A stretch of 64,000 nt of DNA, from positions 1,813-65,812 of the forward strand of contig CAMEOO010000002.1 in assembly GCA_945929875.1 (NCBI GenBank). Direction: 5' to 3'. Below the pieces are notes generated by a model. The model did no database searches. It was given only the letters and a program-made list of their open reading frames with translations, and was not told where the DNA came from. The DNA comes from an uncultured Bacillales bacterium (GTDB lineage: Bacteria > Bacillota_I > Bacilli_A > RFN20 > CAG-449). How positions within the stretch are numbered: position 1 is the first letter of the stretch; each line of letters opens with the position of its first letter. A program made the position numbers and the translations under genes. Positions 18,592 through 27,560 of the stretch are shown here, one piece after another.

Positions 18592-19419
18592 ATGGAATAT
18601 TTATTAGGAAAAGAGCAAAGTTTAATTATTAAGAATAGAATTAAGGAAGAAATCTCTTCTTTAGAAGTAAAACCAAGCTTGTATGTTTTAATTAATAAGG
18701 ATGACACTTCTTCTTTAGGTTATGTCGCTTCACTTGAAAAAAACGCTTTAAGTTTAGGAATTAGTTTTGTAAAGATTTTTATGGGTGCATCGGAAAAAGA
18801 ATATATCGAAAAGATTAAAGAATTAAACGATGATTCTTCTTGCAATGCAATTATGGTGACTAGACCTCTTTTTAAAGGAGCAAATGAAAAGAAAATCCTC
18901 TCTTATATCGATCCATTAAAGGATGTCGATGTGATGAATTCTTCTTCTCTAGGGGAAGTTTTCATTGGAAATGATCTTATCGCTCCCGCTACAAGTAGAG
19001 CGATAATGGAAATTCTTTCTTATTATAATATCGATGTTGAAGGTAAAAATGTCTTGGTGATTGGAAGATCGATTTCAGTAGGAAAGCCAGTAGCGATGAT
19101 GCTATTAAATAAAAATGCGACCGTAACTATCGCTCATTCAAAAACCAAAGATTTAGATGAAGAAATTAAGCGTAGCGATATCATCGTCTGCGCAGTTGGT
19201 AAGCCTTATTTCCTAGATAGTTCAAAAGTAAAAGAAAAGGCGATAGTCATCGATGCGGGTATTCATTATCTAGATGATGGAAGAATCCTTGGCGATGTAA
19301 AACCTTGCCTTGATAAGGACATTACTTTATCTAAAGTTCCAGGAGGAGTAGGTGCATTAACTAGCTCTTTATTATTTGATAATGTTCTTCAACTTTATTT
19401 TAAGCAAAGGAATAAATAA
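18592..19419 (+). CDS. folD: Bifunctional methylenetetrahydrofolate dehydrogenase/cyclohydrolase FolD
   Basis: GRSISVGKPVAMMLL NAD(P)-binding block and C-terminal PGGVGALT. Confidence 0.9.
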   Translation: MEYLLGKEQSLIIKNRIKEEISSLEVKPSLYVLINKDDTSSLGYVASLEKNALSLGISFVKIFMGASEKEYIEKIKELNDDSSCNAIMVTRPLFKGANEKKILSYIDPLKDVDVMNSSSLGEVFIGNDLIAPATSRAIMEILSYYNIDVEGKNVLVIGRSISVGKPVAMMLLNKNATVTIAHSKTKDLDEEIKRSDIIVCAVGKPYFLDSSKVKEKAIVIDAGIHYLDDGRILGDVKPCLDKDITLSKVPGGVGALTSSLLFDNVLQLYFKQRNK

Positions 19420-19420
19420 T

Positions 19421-19615
19421 ATGGAAATTGATGAATATGAATTAAACTCAATCGTGGAAATGAAAAAACCACATCCTTGCGTTACTCATTCTAAGCTTTT
19501 TCAAGTGATTCGCTTAGGTGCAGATATTAAAATCAAGTGTTTAGGATGTGGGAATATCATTATGCTACCTAGAAATGATTTTCATAAAAAAGTCAAAAAA
19601 ATAATTCAAAAATAA
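19421..19615 (+). CDS. DUF951 (YyzM-like) small protein
   Basis: KKPHPC...VIRLGADIKIKCLGCGN...PRNDF pattern. I prefer the internal ATG at 19421; the ORF-track start at 19376 lies inside folD. Confidence 0.7.
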   Translation: MEIDEYELNSIVEMKKPHPCVTHSKLFQVIRLGADIKIKCLGCGNIIMLPRNDFHKKVKKIIQK

Positions 19616-19661
19616 TTAGAAAAAACCATATTTCTCTCTAAGTAATATATAGGAGGGCAAT

Positions 19662-21578
19662 ATGGTTTTTTTTGGATGTAAGAATTTTAATAAGTCATTT
19701 GGCCAGGATTTAATCTTTGAAAATGTAAACCTTTCTTTTCCTGGAAGTGGAATTATCAGCATTATGGGAAAGTCGGGATGTGGAAAATCCACGTTGATTA
19801 AATGTTTGCTGGGTATTGAAAAATGTGAAGGAGAAGTAATATTTCAAGATGAAGTCATAAAAGACTTTTCTTCTTTTAGAAACAAGTACACTGGCTTGAT
19901 ATTTCAAAACTACAATCTTTTTGAGTATTTAAGCGTAGAAGAGAACATTAAAACTTTCCCTAATGATCAAGGCTTTGAAAAAATCGTGAATCTTTTAGAT
20001 TTACAAGATAAATTGAAGCAAAAAGTTAGTTTACTTTCTGGAGGGGAAAAGCAAAGAGTTGCAATTGCAAGAACCTTAATGAAGAATCCTAAGATTATTT
20101 TTTGCGATGAAATAACTGGATCTTTAGATGAAAAAAACGCATTGAAGATCATGAAGTATTTAAAAGAGATTTCTTCAACTTGCTTAATAATTAATATCAC
20201 TCATAATCAAGCTCTCGCTAGTAAATTTTCTAATAAGATTTTATATTTAAAAGATAAAACTCTCTCTTGGGAATTAAATTCATTTAGTTTAAAAAAAGCA
20301 AAAGAAAAAGAAAGAAAACTTAGTTTTACTAAACTTCTTTCACATAGCTTTGGGCTAATTAAAAAATCGAAAGTAAAAGTGATTTTATCTTCTATTTCCT
20401 TAATCATTTCTTTAGTTTTATCTGGATGTATAATTAATGTTTATTTTTCTGTTCAAAATTATTTTGAAAGGTATAAATACGTTTCTTTAGATTATAATTT
20501 TTTAGAATTAAGTGAAAATGAAACCCTGAAAGTCGAAAATACTTCTTTTGAAATCATCAAGCAAAATCGTCCCAAAAACTTAGAAGCAATAAATAGATTA
20601 ATTTCTAATTATCAAATAGGAAATAACTATAGTAACTTAATCAATTCCTATACTAAGTTAACTAGTAACAACAAAGAGATAAACGCTATTTTTTATCCGA
20701 CAGACAATTCCTTAATTCGTTCTTATAATCAAGTGATTGTCAATCAAAAAGCTTATGAAGAAATTATTGGTAGTCAAGTATTGTATCTTAATTCGAATCA
20801 AATTGATTACTACGATAGTAAGAATGTGGTTACAAGCGATTATTTCAATATGCAAATTCTTTTTAATATCGTTGGGGTAAATCAAGAAATGAATCTAATA
20901 GACGAACCAATTATCTATTATTCTTACGATTTATTTATTGATTATTTAGATCAAATATATCTTCCAAATATTTCGCTTCTATTTGATGAAATCATCACTC
21001 TTAAAGATAGAATTGATAATTATACATTTGAAGGAGATTACTATAATACTGGCTCAATCTATGTTATTTGTAAAGATAAATCTTCTGTAGAAGATAACAT
21101 GAAGATTTTAAAAGAACATCATTATTCATGTAATAGTAGAAGTTTAACTAATTATTATTTCTTCTCTTCTATAATCGATACGATTTTAAGAGCGATAGAA
21201 ATATTCCTATTTTTAAGCGTCGTGATATCTTTAGCCCTTTTAGGATTAACTACTTCTTCTTTAATCGTCGACCAAAAGAAAGAAATTGGAGTGTTAAAGT
21301 CTTTGGGAGTAATAGACGAGCAAGTAAATTTGGTGGTTTCATTAGAGATTAATAGAGTGATGATTACTTGTTTATTTTTTTCTTTTTTACTGAGAACTTT
21401 TATTTATAGATTATTGATATATTTCTTCCCAAACATTAATTTTTTGAAAACGAATTTAGTGGTCTTTGAGAATTTACTTCTTGCATTTTTAGTTTTCATT
21501 ATAAGTAAAGTTTTTTCTTTTGTAGCGAAAATAATGATTCAAAAACTTCCACTTTCTTTAATTATTTTGGAGGAGTAA
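19662..21578 (+). CDS. MacB-architecture ABC protein: N-terminal NBD fused to an FtsX-type 4-TM permease
   Basis: Walker A GKSGCGKST, Q-loop IFQNYNLF, signature LSGGEKQR, Walker B IIFCDEITGSLD, H-loop ITHNQ. TM1 at about aa 240-262, extracytoplasmic domain about aa 265-505, then 3 TM segments with the FtsX loop KKEIGVLKSLG. Confidence 0.85.
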   Translation: MVFFGCKNFNKSFGQDLIFENVNLSFPGSGIISIMGKSGCGKSTLIKCLLGIEKCEGEVIFQDEVIKDFSSFRNKYTGLIFQNYNLFEYLSVEENIKTFPNDQGFEKIVNLLDLQDKLKQKVSLLSGGEKQRVAIARTLMKNPKIIFCDEITGSLDEKNALKIMKYLKEISSTCLIINITHNQALASKFSNKILYLKDKTLSWELNSFSLKKAKEKERKLSFTKLLSHSFGLIKKSKVKVILSSISLIISLVLSGCIINVYFSVQNYFERYKYVSLDYNFLELSENETLKVENTSFEIIKQNRPKNLEAINRLISNYQIGNNYSNLINSYTKLTSNNKEINAIFYPTDNSLIRSYNQVIVNQKAYEEIIGSQVLYLNSNQIDYYDSKNVVTSDYFNMQILFNIVGVNQEMNLIDEPIIYYSYDLFIDYLDQIYLPNISLLFDEIITLKDRIDNYTFEGDYYNTGSIYVICKDKSSVEDNMKILKEHHYSCNSRSLTNYYFFSSIIDTILRAIEIFLFLSVVISLALLGLTTSSLIVDQKKEIGVLKSLGVIDEQVNLVVSLEINRVMITCLFFSFLLRTFIYRLLIYFFPNINFLKTNLVVFENLLLAFLVFIISKVFSFVAKIMIQKLPLSLIILEE

Positions 21579-21581
21579 TTG

Positions 21582-24344
21582 ATGATTAAAATTAAATCTT
21601 TATGTAAATCTTATAATAGTAATTTAGTGTTAAATTCTATTAATATCGATATTTCTTCACCTTGCTTTATTTGTTTAGGTGGACCTTCAGGATGTGGTAA
21701 ATCTACTTTATTAAACATCTTATCATTGATGGATACTTCCTTTGATGGAGAATTCTTTTTTGAAGAAGAAAATGTTAAAGAGATGACTTTAAAAAGAAAA
21801 GAAGAAATTATCACTAATCAAATTACCTATTTATTTCAAGAACCAAAATTAATTGAAAGTGAATCTATTAGAACTAATTTAAATCTTATTTCCAATATGA
21901 ATAATAGTAAAAATGAGATAATAGAATATTTAAAAAAATTATCTTTAGACCTTGATGTTGATGAAAAAGTAAGTAATTTATCAAAAGGAGAAAAGAAAAG
22001 AATTACTTTAATTGGAGCTTTGTTAAGAAATAATCCATTAATTTTATGTGATGAAATCACTTCGGGTCTCGATGAAGAAAATTCAAAAATGGTCTTAAGC
22101 CTTTTAGAAAAGATGGGAAAAGAAAAAATCGTAATTCTTGTTACTCACGATTTAGATTTAGTATCCTCTTATTGCAAAAATATCTATCTTTTTAAAAACA
22201 ATATGTTACCAGATATAAAAATCGAAAAAGACGCAAATATTGCTTCTAAAGAGAAGAAAAATAATAAATTGCCTTTAAAATACATTTTTAACCATATATT
22301 TAAAGTGGTAAAAGGAAAGAAAATTCGAACTCTATTTCTCACTATATCGATGGTTCTTTGTTTGTTTACTATGGGATTATCATTACTAATTAGTAAACAG
22401 ATGAAAGAAGAAGTAGCTAATACATTAACTAGCTATTTTGAAACTAATCAAATTTTAGTTAAAAGAAAAGAAGAGCAAAATTATTTAAATAAGTATCAAG
22501 TAGTCGACTCAAATGAATTTGATGATTTTTATTTAGATTTTAGCGATTTAATAACTTTAAGATCAAATTTTTATATAGCAAATTTTAGCGATTATTTTCA
22601 CGATGAGAACCTTTTTTATCTTCAAGCTAATGGAATAAAATTTACTCTTGAGGAGTATGGGATAAATAATATTAATGAATTTGTTCCCTTAGATTTAATC
22701 GAAGAAGAAATTTATCCTAGTTCTATAAACATCAAAGATAAGAGCGATATAGTCATTTCATTAAATGAAAAAGAAATATTTTACTTATGTAATTATTTAA
22801 AATTAGAAGAAAGAAATAAAGATGGGTTAGCAAAATATCTTACTAATAAATCTATTAAATCTTGTTTTTCCATTAGAAATAATTCTTGGGAATATCAATT
22901 AGAAATTCCATTTAACATCGTTGGATTCATCGTTTCTAACAAGCCTTTAATCGCCTCAAAATATTTTTCTTTTAATGAATATTATATTGAAGAAGTAATG
23001 CAACTTCCTTATTCTTATAACCTTAATGAAATTGATTACTATCCTTGGACAGTTAAAAAACTTTGCACATTAGTTGTTAAAAAAAGTGATGAAGTAGAAT
23101 TTTTTAGGCGATTCCTACTCTCAGAAAAAATGAATCAATACTCCTTCCACATATTAAGTGAAGACGAAGGAAAATCGTTTTCTATAAATTGTTCTTCTTA
23201 TTCACAAATTTATTTTACTTATAAGAATAAATCATATATCAACGTCAGCGATATCGATAAGATTTGCTTTAATAATCAAGACATCGATTATTATTTACCT
23301 TGTGGGTATCAGTCATTTAACGTTGATGAAACGTCGTTAGTCAATGGATTTGATCAACCCACCTATCTATCTAAAAACATTGATCTTATCAATCAATTCA
23401 TCGACTATAATAGCTTTTCTAAAAATAATTATGGGATTTATCAATCCGGAAGTTTTGTTTCTCACGATGAAAACTTCTTTTCCTTATCAAAATTAGATTG
23501 TTCGAAAGATAATTATGTTAAATTTACTCCATATGTAAAAAATGACAAGAAGTTAATAGAAGGAAGATATCCTAAAAATGAGCATGAAATATTAATATCA
23601 TCCTCTTTAAATAAAAGAATAGAAATGAAAATTGATGAAGAAGTGTATTTACTGATGATGACAGAGATTAAAAAAAATGGAAGTGAATATCAAAATGTTT
23701 TTAAAAACGAACGGTTTAAAATTGTCGGTATAGTGGATAGCTCTAAATTAGAGATTTATCAAGAAAACCTCTTTCCTTTAATTCTTTCTAATGTTATTTT
23801 TAAAGTCCCTTCTTCCGATCAACAAATAGATAAAGTGTTAATTAAATCTAAGATTCCCCCTAAAGAATTAATCAACAAATTAAAAGGCAATTATTTAGAT
23901 TATTCTTTTACTAACCCAATGGAAAGTTATTTGACGCAGATTGATAAAGGAATGAATTATCTTTCACTTTTTCTTCTATCCTTTTCGTTAATTACCTTGA
24001 TTTCAAGTTTATCGATGATGATTTTAGTTAATTATCTTTTTTATAAAGAGACAGAAAAGGAAATAGCTATTTATTCTTTTTTAGGATATACCAGGTCATC
24101 AATCTTTTCTTTTTATCTAATTTTAAGTGGGATTTTATGCCTTTTAGGAATTATAACTAGTTATTTGTCTTTAATAGTATCTTTTATATTAATTCCTCTT
24201 GTTACTTCAAACATTGGAAAAATTAGCTTCTCTATTTATCCTTTTATGGTAATCTTTCTAGTTAGTTTAGTATCTTATCTAATCACTAATTTTTTTACTA
24301 TTTATCATTTAAGAAAGAATAATTTGATTGAGATTATCAAATAG
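21582..24344 (+). CDS. MacB-architecture ABC protein with an extracytoplasmic domain of about 520 aa and a degenerate signature motif
   Basis: Walker [11 protein letters not shown], signature LSKGEKKR (Gly to Lys), Walker B LILCDEITSGLD, H-loop VTHDL. TM1 at about aa 251-272, ECD about aa 273-792, FtsX loop EKEIAIYSFLGY. ATG 21582 is 6 nt from GGAGGAG; TTG 21579 is too close to it. Confidence 0.85.
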   Translation: MIKIKSLCKSYNSNLVLNSINIDISSPCFICLGGPSGCGKSTLLNILSLMDTSFDGEFFFEEENVKEMTLKRKEEIITNQITYLFQEPKLIESESIRTNLNLISNMNNSKNEIIEYLKKLSLDLDVDEKVSNLSKGEKKRITLIGALLRNNPLILCDEITSGLDEENSKMVLSLLEKMGKEKIVILVTHDLDLVSSYCKNIYLFKNNMLPDIKIEKDANIASKEKKNNKLPLKYIFNHIFKVVKGKKIRTLFLTISMVLCLFTMGLSLLISKQMKEEVANTLTSYFETNQILVKRKEEQNYLNKYQVVDSNEFDDFYLDFSDLITLRSNFYIANFSDYFHDENLFYLQANGIKFTLEEYGINNINEFVPLDLIEEEIYPSSINIKDKSDIVISLNEKEIFYLCNYLKLEERNKDGLAKYLTNKSIKSCFSIRNNSWEYQLEIPFNIVGFIVSNKPLIASKYFSFNEYYIEEVMQLPYSYNLNEIDYYPWTVKKLCTLVVKKSDEVEFFRRFLLSEKMNQYSFHILSEDEGKSFSINCSSYSQIYFTYKNKSYINVSDIDKICFNNQDIDYYLPCGYQSFNVDETSLVNGFDQPTYLSKNIDLINQFIDYNSFSKNNYGIYQSGSFVSHDENFFSLSKLDCSKDNYVKFTPYVKNDKKLIEGRYPKNEHEILISSSLNKRIEMKIDEEVYLLMMTEIKKNGSEYQNVFKNERFKIVGIVDSSKLEIYQENLFPLILSNVIFKVPSSDQQIDKVLIKSKIPPKELINKLKGNYLDYSFTNPMESYLTQIDKGMNYLSLFLLSFSLITLISSLSMMILVNYLFYKETEKEIAIYSFLGYTRSSIFSFYLILSGILCLLGIITSYLSLIVSFILIPLVTSNIGKISFSIYPFMVIFLVSLVSYLITNFFTIYHLRKNNLIEIIK

Positions 24345-24364
24345 TTGTTAATATTTATTAACAA
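24345..24364 (+). terminator. AT-only hairpin after the ABC pair (possible terminator)
   Basis: Perfect 9-bp arms ttgttaata/tattaacaa with a 2-nt loop, followed by a T-rich tract. Confidence 0.35.
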
Positions 24365-24458
24365 ATAATTGTTTTTCTTTTAAAAAACTCTTTTTAGTGG
24401 TATTCTTTTAACGAAAGATATCAATAAATAACTTATTTATTGATTTGAGGAATATAAA

Positions 24459-25562
24459 ATGTCATTAAAAGCAGGTATTGTCGGACTACCAAACGTAGGA
24501 AAATCAACTTTATTCAATGCGATTACTGCTTCTCACGTAGAAGCGGCTAACTATCCTTTTGCAACGATTAATCCAAATTCTGGAATCGTGGAAGTAAATG
24601 ATGAAAGAGTCGATAAATTAGTGGAATTATTTCATCCAAGAAGAACAGTCAAAACTACTTTTGAATTTATCGATATCGCCGGTCTAGTCAAAGGGGCTAG
24701 CAAGGGAGAAGGATTAGGAAATCAATTTTTAGGAAATATTAGAATGTGCGATGCAATTTGTCACGTCGTTCGTTGCTTTGACGATAACGACATCATTCAC
24801 GTAGAAAATTCTATCGACCCAGAAAGAGATATTCAAACTATTAATCTAGAATTGATTTTTGCCGATTTAGATACAGTTATTAAAAGAATCTCTAAGGTGG
24901 AAACAAAAGCTCACACGACAAAGGAAAAATCCGCAGTAGCGGAATTTAATTTATTAACTAAGCTTAGACAAGCTTTAGAAAATGATATCCCAGTCAGAAG
25001 AGTGGAACTAACTGAAGAAGAAAAAGTATTAGTTAAACAGTATAATTTATTAACTATTAAACCGGTTATTTATGTGGCTAATGTTGCTGAAGAAGATTAC
25101 ATCAACCCAGATAACTCTGCATATTATCAAACAGTTAAAAGAATTGCTCAAGAAGAAAATGCGGAAGTAATTGCTATATCGGCAAATATTGAAAGCGAAT
25201 TGGCGGAACTTCCTGGCGAAGAGAAGATTGAATATTTAAATTCTCTTGGAGTATCTTCTTGTGGACTAGATCGATTAGTTAATACGACTTATCATCTACT
25301 TAACCTAGGGACTTTTTTCACTGTGGGGGAAGATGAAGTTCGAGCTTGGACTTTTACTAAAGGAATGCTTGCTCCTCAATGTGCAGGAATCATCCACACC
25401 GATTTTGAAAAAGGGTTCATCCGCGCGGAAGTATATTCTTGCAATGATATTTTTGAATATAAAAGTGAGAAGAATCTAAAAGAAGCTGGTAAAATTAGAA
25501 GTGAAGGCAAGAACTATGTGGTTCAAGATGGAGACTGCATGCTAATTAGATTTAATGTTTAA
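24459..25562 (+). CDS. ychF: Ribosome-binding ATPase YchF
   Basis: G1 GLPNVGKSTLFNA, DIAGLVKGAS, C-terminal TGS-like domain. Confidence 0.95.
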   Translation: MSLKAGIVGLPNVGKSTLFNAITASHVEAANYPFATINPNSGIVEVNDERVDKLVELFHPRRTVKTTFEFIDIAGLVKGASKGEGLGNQFLGNIRMCDAICHVVRCFDDNDIIHVENSIDPERDIQTINLELIFADLDTVIKRISKVETKAHTTKEKSAVAEFNLLTKLRQALENDIPVRRVELTEEEKVLVKQYNLLTIKPVIYVANVAEEDYINPDNSAYYQTVKRIAQEENAEVIAISANIESELAELPGEEKIEYLNSLGVSSCGLDRLVNTTYHLLNLGTFFTVGEDEVRAWTFTKGMLAPQCAGIIHTDFEKGFIRAEVYSCNDIFEYKSEKNLKEAGKIRSEGKNYVVQDGDCMLIRFNV

Positions 25563-25574
25563 AGGATAAGAGAT

Positions 25575-26057
25575 ATGTATAGGATTGGGTTTAGTAGAGA
25601 TATTCATCGCTTAGAAAGAAATAATCGCCCATTTGTTTTAGGGGGAATAAAAATTCCTTTCGAGTTAGGAAATGTTTCTCATAGCGATGGAGATTGCTTA
25701 TATCACTCTCTTGCGGAAGCTCTCCTTGGAGCATTGTCTCTTGGTGACTTAGGTAGGTTCTTTCCAGATAATGACGATAAGTATTTAGATTTAGATTCGT
25801 CTATCATCGTAAAAGAATGCTATCAAAAAGTGAAAGAAAAAGGATATGTAATTAACAATGTCGATTGTGTAGTTGTCCTTGAGAAACCCCGCTTAAGTGG
25901 ATATATAGAACAAATGAGAAAAAATATTGCTCTTTTACTAGAAACTGATATGGAAAATGTTTCAGTGAAAGCTCAAACTAATGAAAAATGCGGTGAAGTA
26001 GGAACAAGTAAAGCTGTTGTTTGCTTCGCTTGTGTGATGATAAGAAAGGAAGATTAA
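25575..26057 (+). CDS. ispF: 2-C-methyl-D-erythritol 2,4-cyclodiphosphate synthase
   Basis: RIGFSRDIHRL and SHSDGDCLYHSL metal-binding blocks; 160 aa. Confidence 0.9.
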   Translation: MYRIGFSRDIHRLERNNRPFVLGGIKIPFELGNVSHSDGDCLYHSLAEALLGALSLGDLGRFFPDNDDKYLDLDSSIIVKECYQKVKEKGYVINNVDCVVVLEKPRLSGYIEQMRKNIALLLETDMENVSVKAQTNEKCGEVGTSKAVVCFACVMIRKED

Positions 26058-26058
26058 A

Positions 26059-27504
26059 ATGGAAAAAGAAGTAAGAGTAAGATATGCGCCTTCTCCAACA
26101 GGCTACCTTCATATTGGAGGAGCTCGTTCGGCGCTATTTAATTATTTGTTTGCTAAAAAGTATCATGGAAAATTAATTTTTCGAGTGGAAGATACCGATA
26201 TTGAAAGAAATATCGAAGGTGGGGAAGAAAGTCAATATAACGACTTAAAATGGCTTGGGATCATTCCAGATGAATCACCTTATGAGCCTAATGAAAAATA
26301 CGCTCCATATCGTCAAATGGAAAGGCTAGATATTTATCGAAAATATGCTGAACAATTAGTAAAACAGGGTGATGCCTATTATTGTTATTGCACAAATGAA
26401 GAGTTAGAAGAAAGAAAAGAAGCTCAATTAAACGCCGGAATCAAAGCAACAAAATATGATCGAAAATGCTTAAATTTAACTAAAGAGCAAATTGAACAAT
26501 ATCAAAAAGAAGGTAGGAAGCCTTGCATTAGAATTAAATTAAAAGAAAATCACACCATCGTCTTTGATGATTTAGTAAGAGGAAAAGTAAGCTTCACTTG
26601 CGATGATTTAGGCGGAGATTTTGTCATTATGAAGTCAAATGGAATTCCTACCTACAATTTTGCGGTTGTCATCGATGATCATTTGATGGATATCACTCAC
26701 GTATTAAGAGGAGAAGAACATTTGTCTAATACTCCTAAACAAATTGCTATTTATGAAATGCTAGGTTGGGAACCACCAAAATTTGGCCACATGACTATCA
26801 TTGTCAATGAAAATGGAAAAAAACTTTCAAAGAGAGACCATAATATTCTTCAGTTTATGTCTCAATATAAAGAACTTGGCTATTTAAAAGAAGCGATATT
26901 TAATTTTATTTTACTTTTAGGATGGACTCCAGAAGATAATAAGGAATTCTTTACTATGGAAGAAGCAATCCAAGCTTTTGACCCTTCAAGATTATCTACA
27001 TCCCCTTCAATGTTTGATCCTAAAGCTTTGATTTTTATGAATTCCCATTATATTAAATTATTAAATGACGAAGAATATCTTGAATTCATTAAGCCACACA
27101 TGGCTAAAGCGATGGATATTTCTTCTTTAAGCGATGAACAAATTTTAGGCATTGCTAATTTATATAAAGATGAACTTGGATATGGTGAACAAATCGTTGA
27201 ACCTTTAAAATCGATAGTTTCTCCTAGCCCTATAACTAATCAAGAAGAACTCGAGATGGTTAATAAAGATTCTTCTAAGAAAGTATTTACTAGTTTTATC
27301 GAAGAATTAAACTCGCTAGATGAGATTAATAAAGATAATTTAAAGCAAGCATTTAAAAATGTGCAAAATAAAGTTGGCGTTAAAGGGAAAGATCTCTATA
27401 TGCCAATTAGATTAAAACTTACCGGAGTAACTCACGGAATCGAACTTATCAATATCGTCAATATTCTTGGAAAAGAAGAAGTAATCGAAAGACTAAAAAA
27501 ATAA
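26059..27504 (+). CDS. gltX: Glutamate--tRNA ligase
   Basis: Class I HIGH region PSPTGYLHIGGARSA and KMSKS-type KLSKRD. Confidence 0.95.
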   Translation: MEKEVRVRYAPSPTGYLHIGGARSALFNYLFAKKYHGKLIFRVEDTDIERNIEGGEESQYNDLKWLGIIPDESPYEPNEKYAPYRQMERLDIYRKYAEQLVKQGDAYYCYCTNEELEERKEAQLNAGIKATKYDRKCLNLTKEQIEQYQKEGRKPCIRIKLKENHTIVFDDLVRGKVSFTCDDLGGDFVIMKSNGIPTYNFAVVIDDHLMDITHVLRGEEHLSNTPKQIAIYEMLGWEPPKFGHMTIIVNENGKKLSKRDHNILQFMSQYKELGYLKEAIFNFILLLGWTPEDNKEFFTMEEAIQAFDPSRLSTSPSMFDPKALIFMNSHYIKLLNDEEYLEFIKPHMAKAMDISSLSDEQILGIANLYKDELGYGEQIVEPLKSIVSPSPITNQEELEMVNKDSSKKVFTSFIEELNSLDEINKDNLKQAFKNVQNKVGVKGKDLYMPIRLKLTGVTHGIELINIVNILGKEEVIERLKK

Positions 27505-27513
27505 TTGCTATAC

Positions 27514-27560
27514 AAGACTCTATGAAGTAAATACAACTTTTATAGGGTCTTTTAGTTTTT
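27514..27560. terminator. Bidirectional terminator between gltX and the PBP gene
   Basis: 10-bp stem (27514-27523 pairing with 27542-27551, one G-U) with T-rich flanks on both strands. Confidence 0.5.

Noticed and set aside
5-24344. A Bce-type module linking the intramembrane-sensing TCS (5-1719) to the ABC pair (19662-24344)
   Set aside because: The two are 18 kb apart with unrelated core genes between them. The ABC proteins have the 4-TM MacB/FtsX layout fused to their own NBDs, not the 10-TM BceB permease with a separate BceA.
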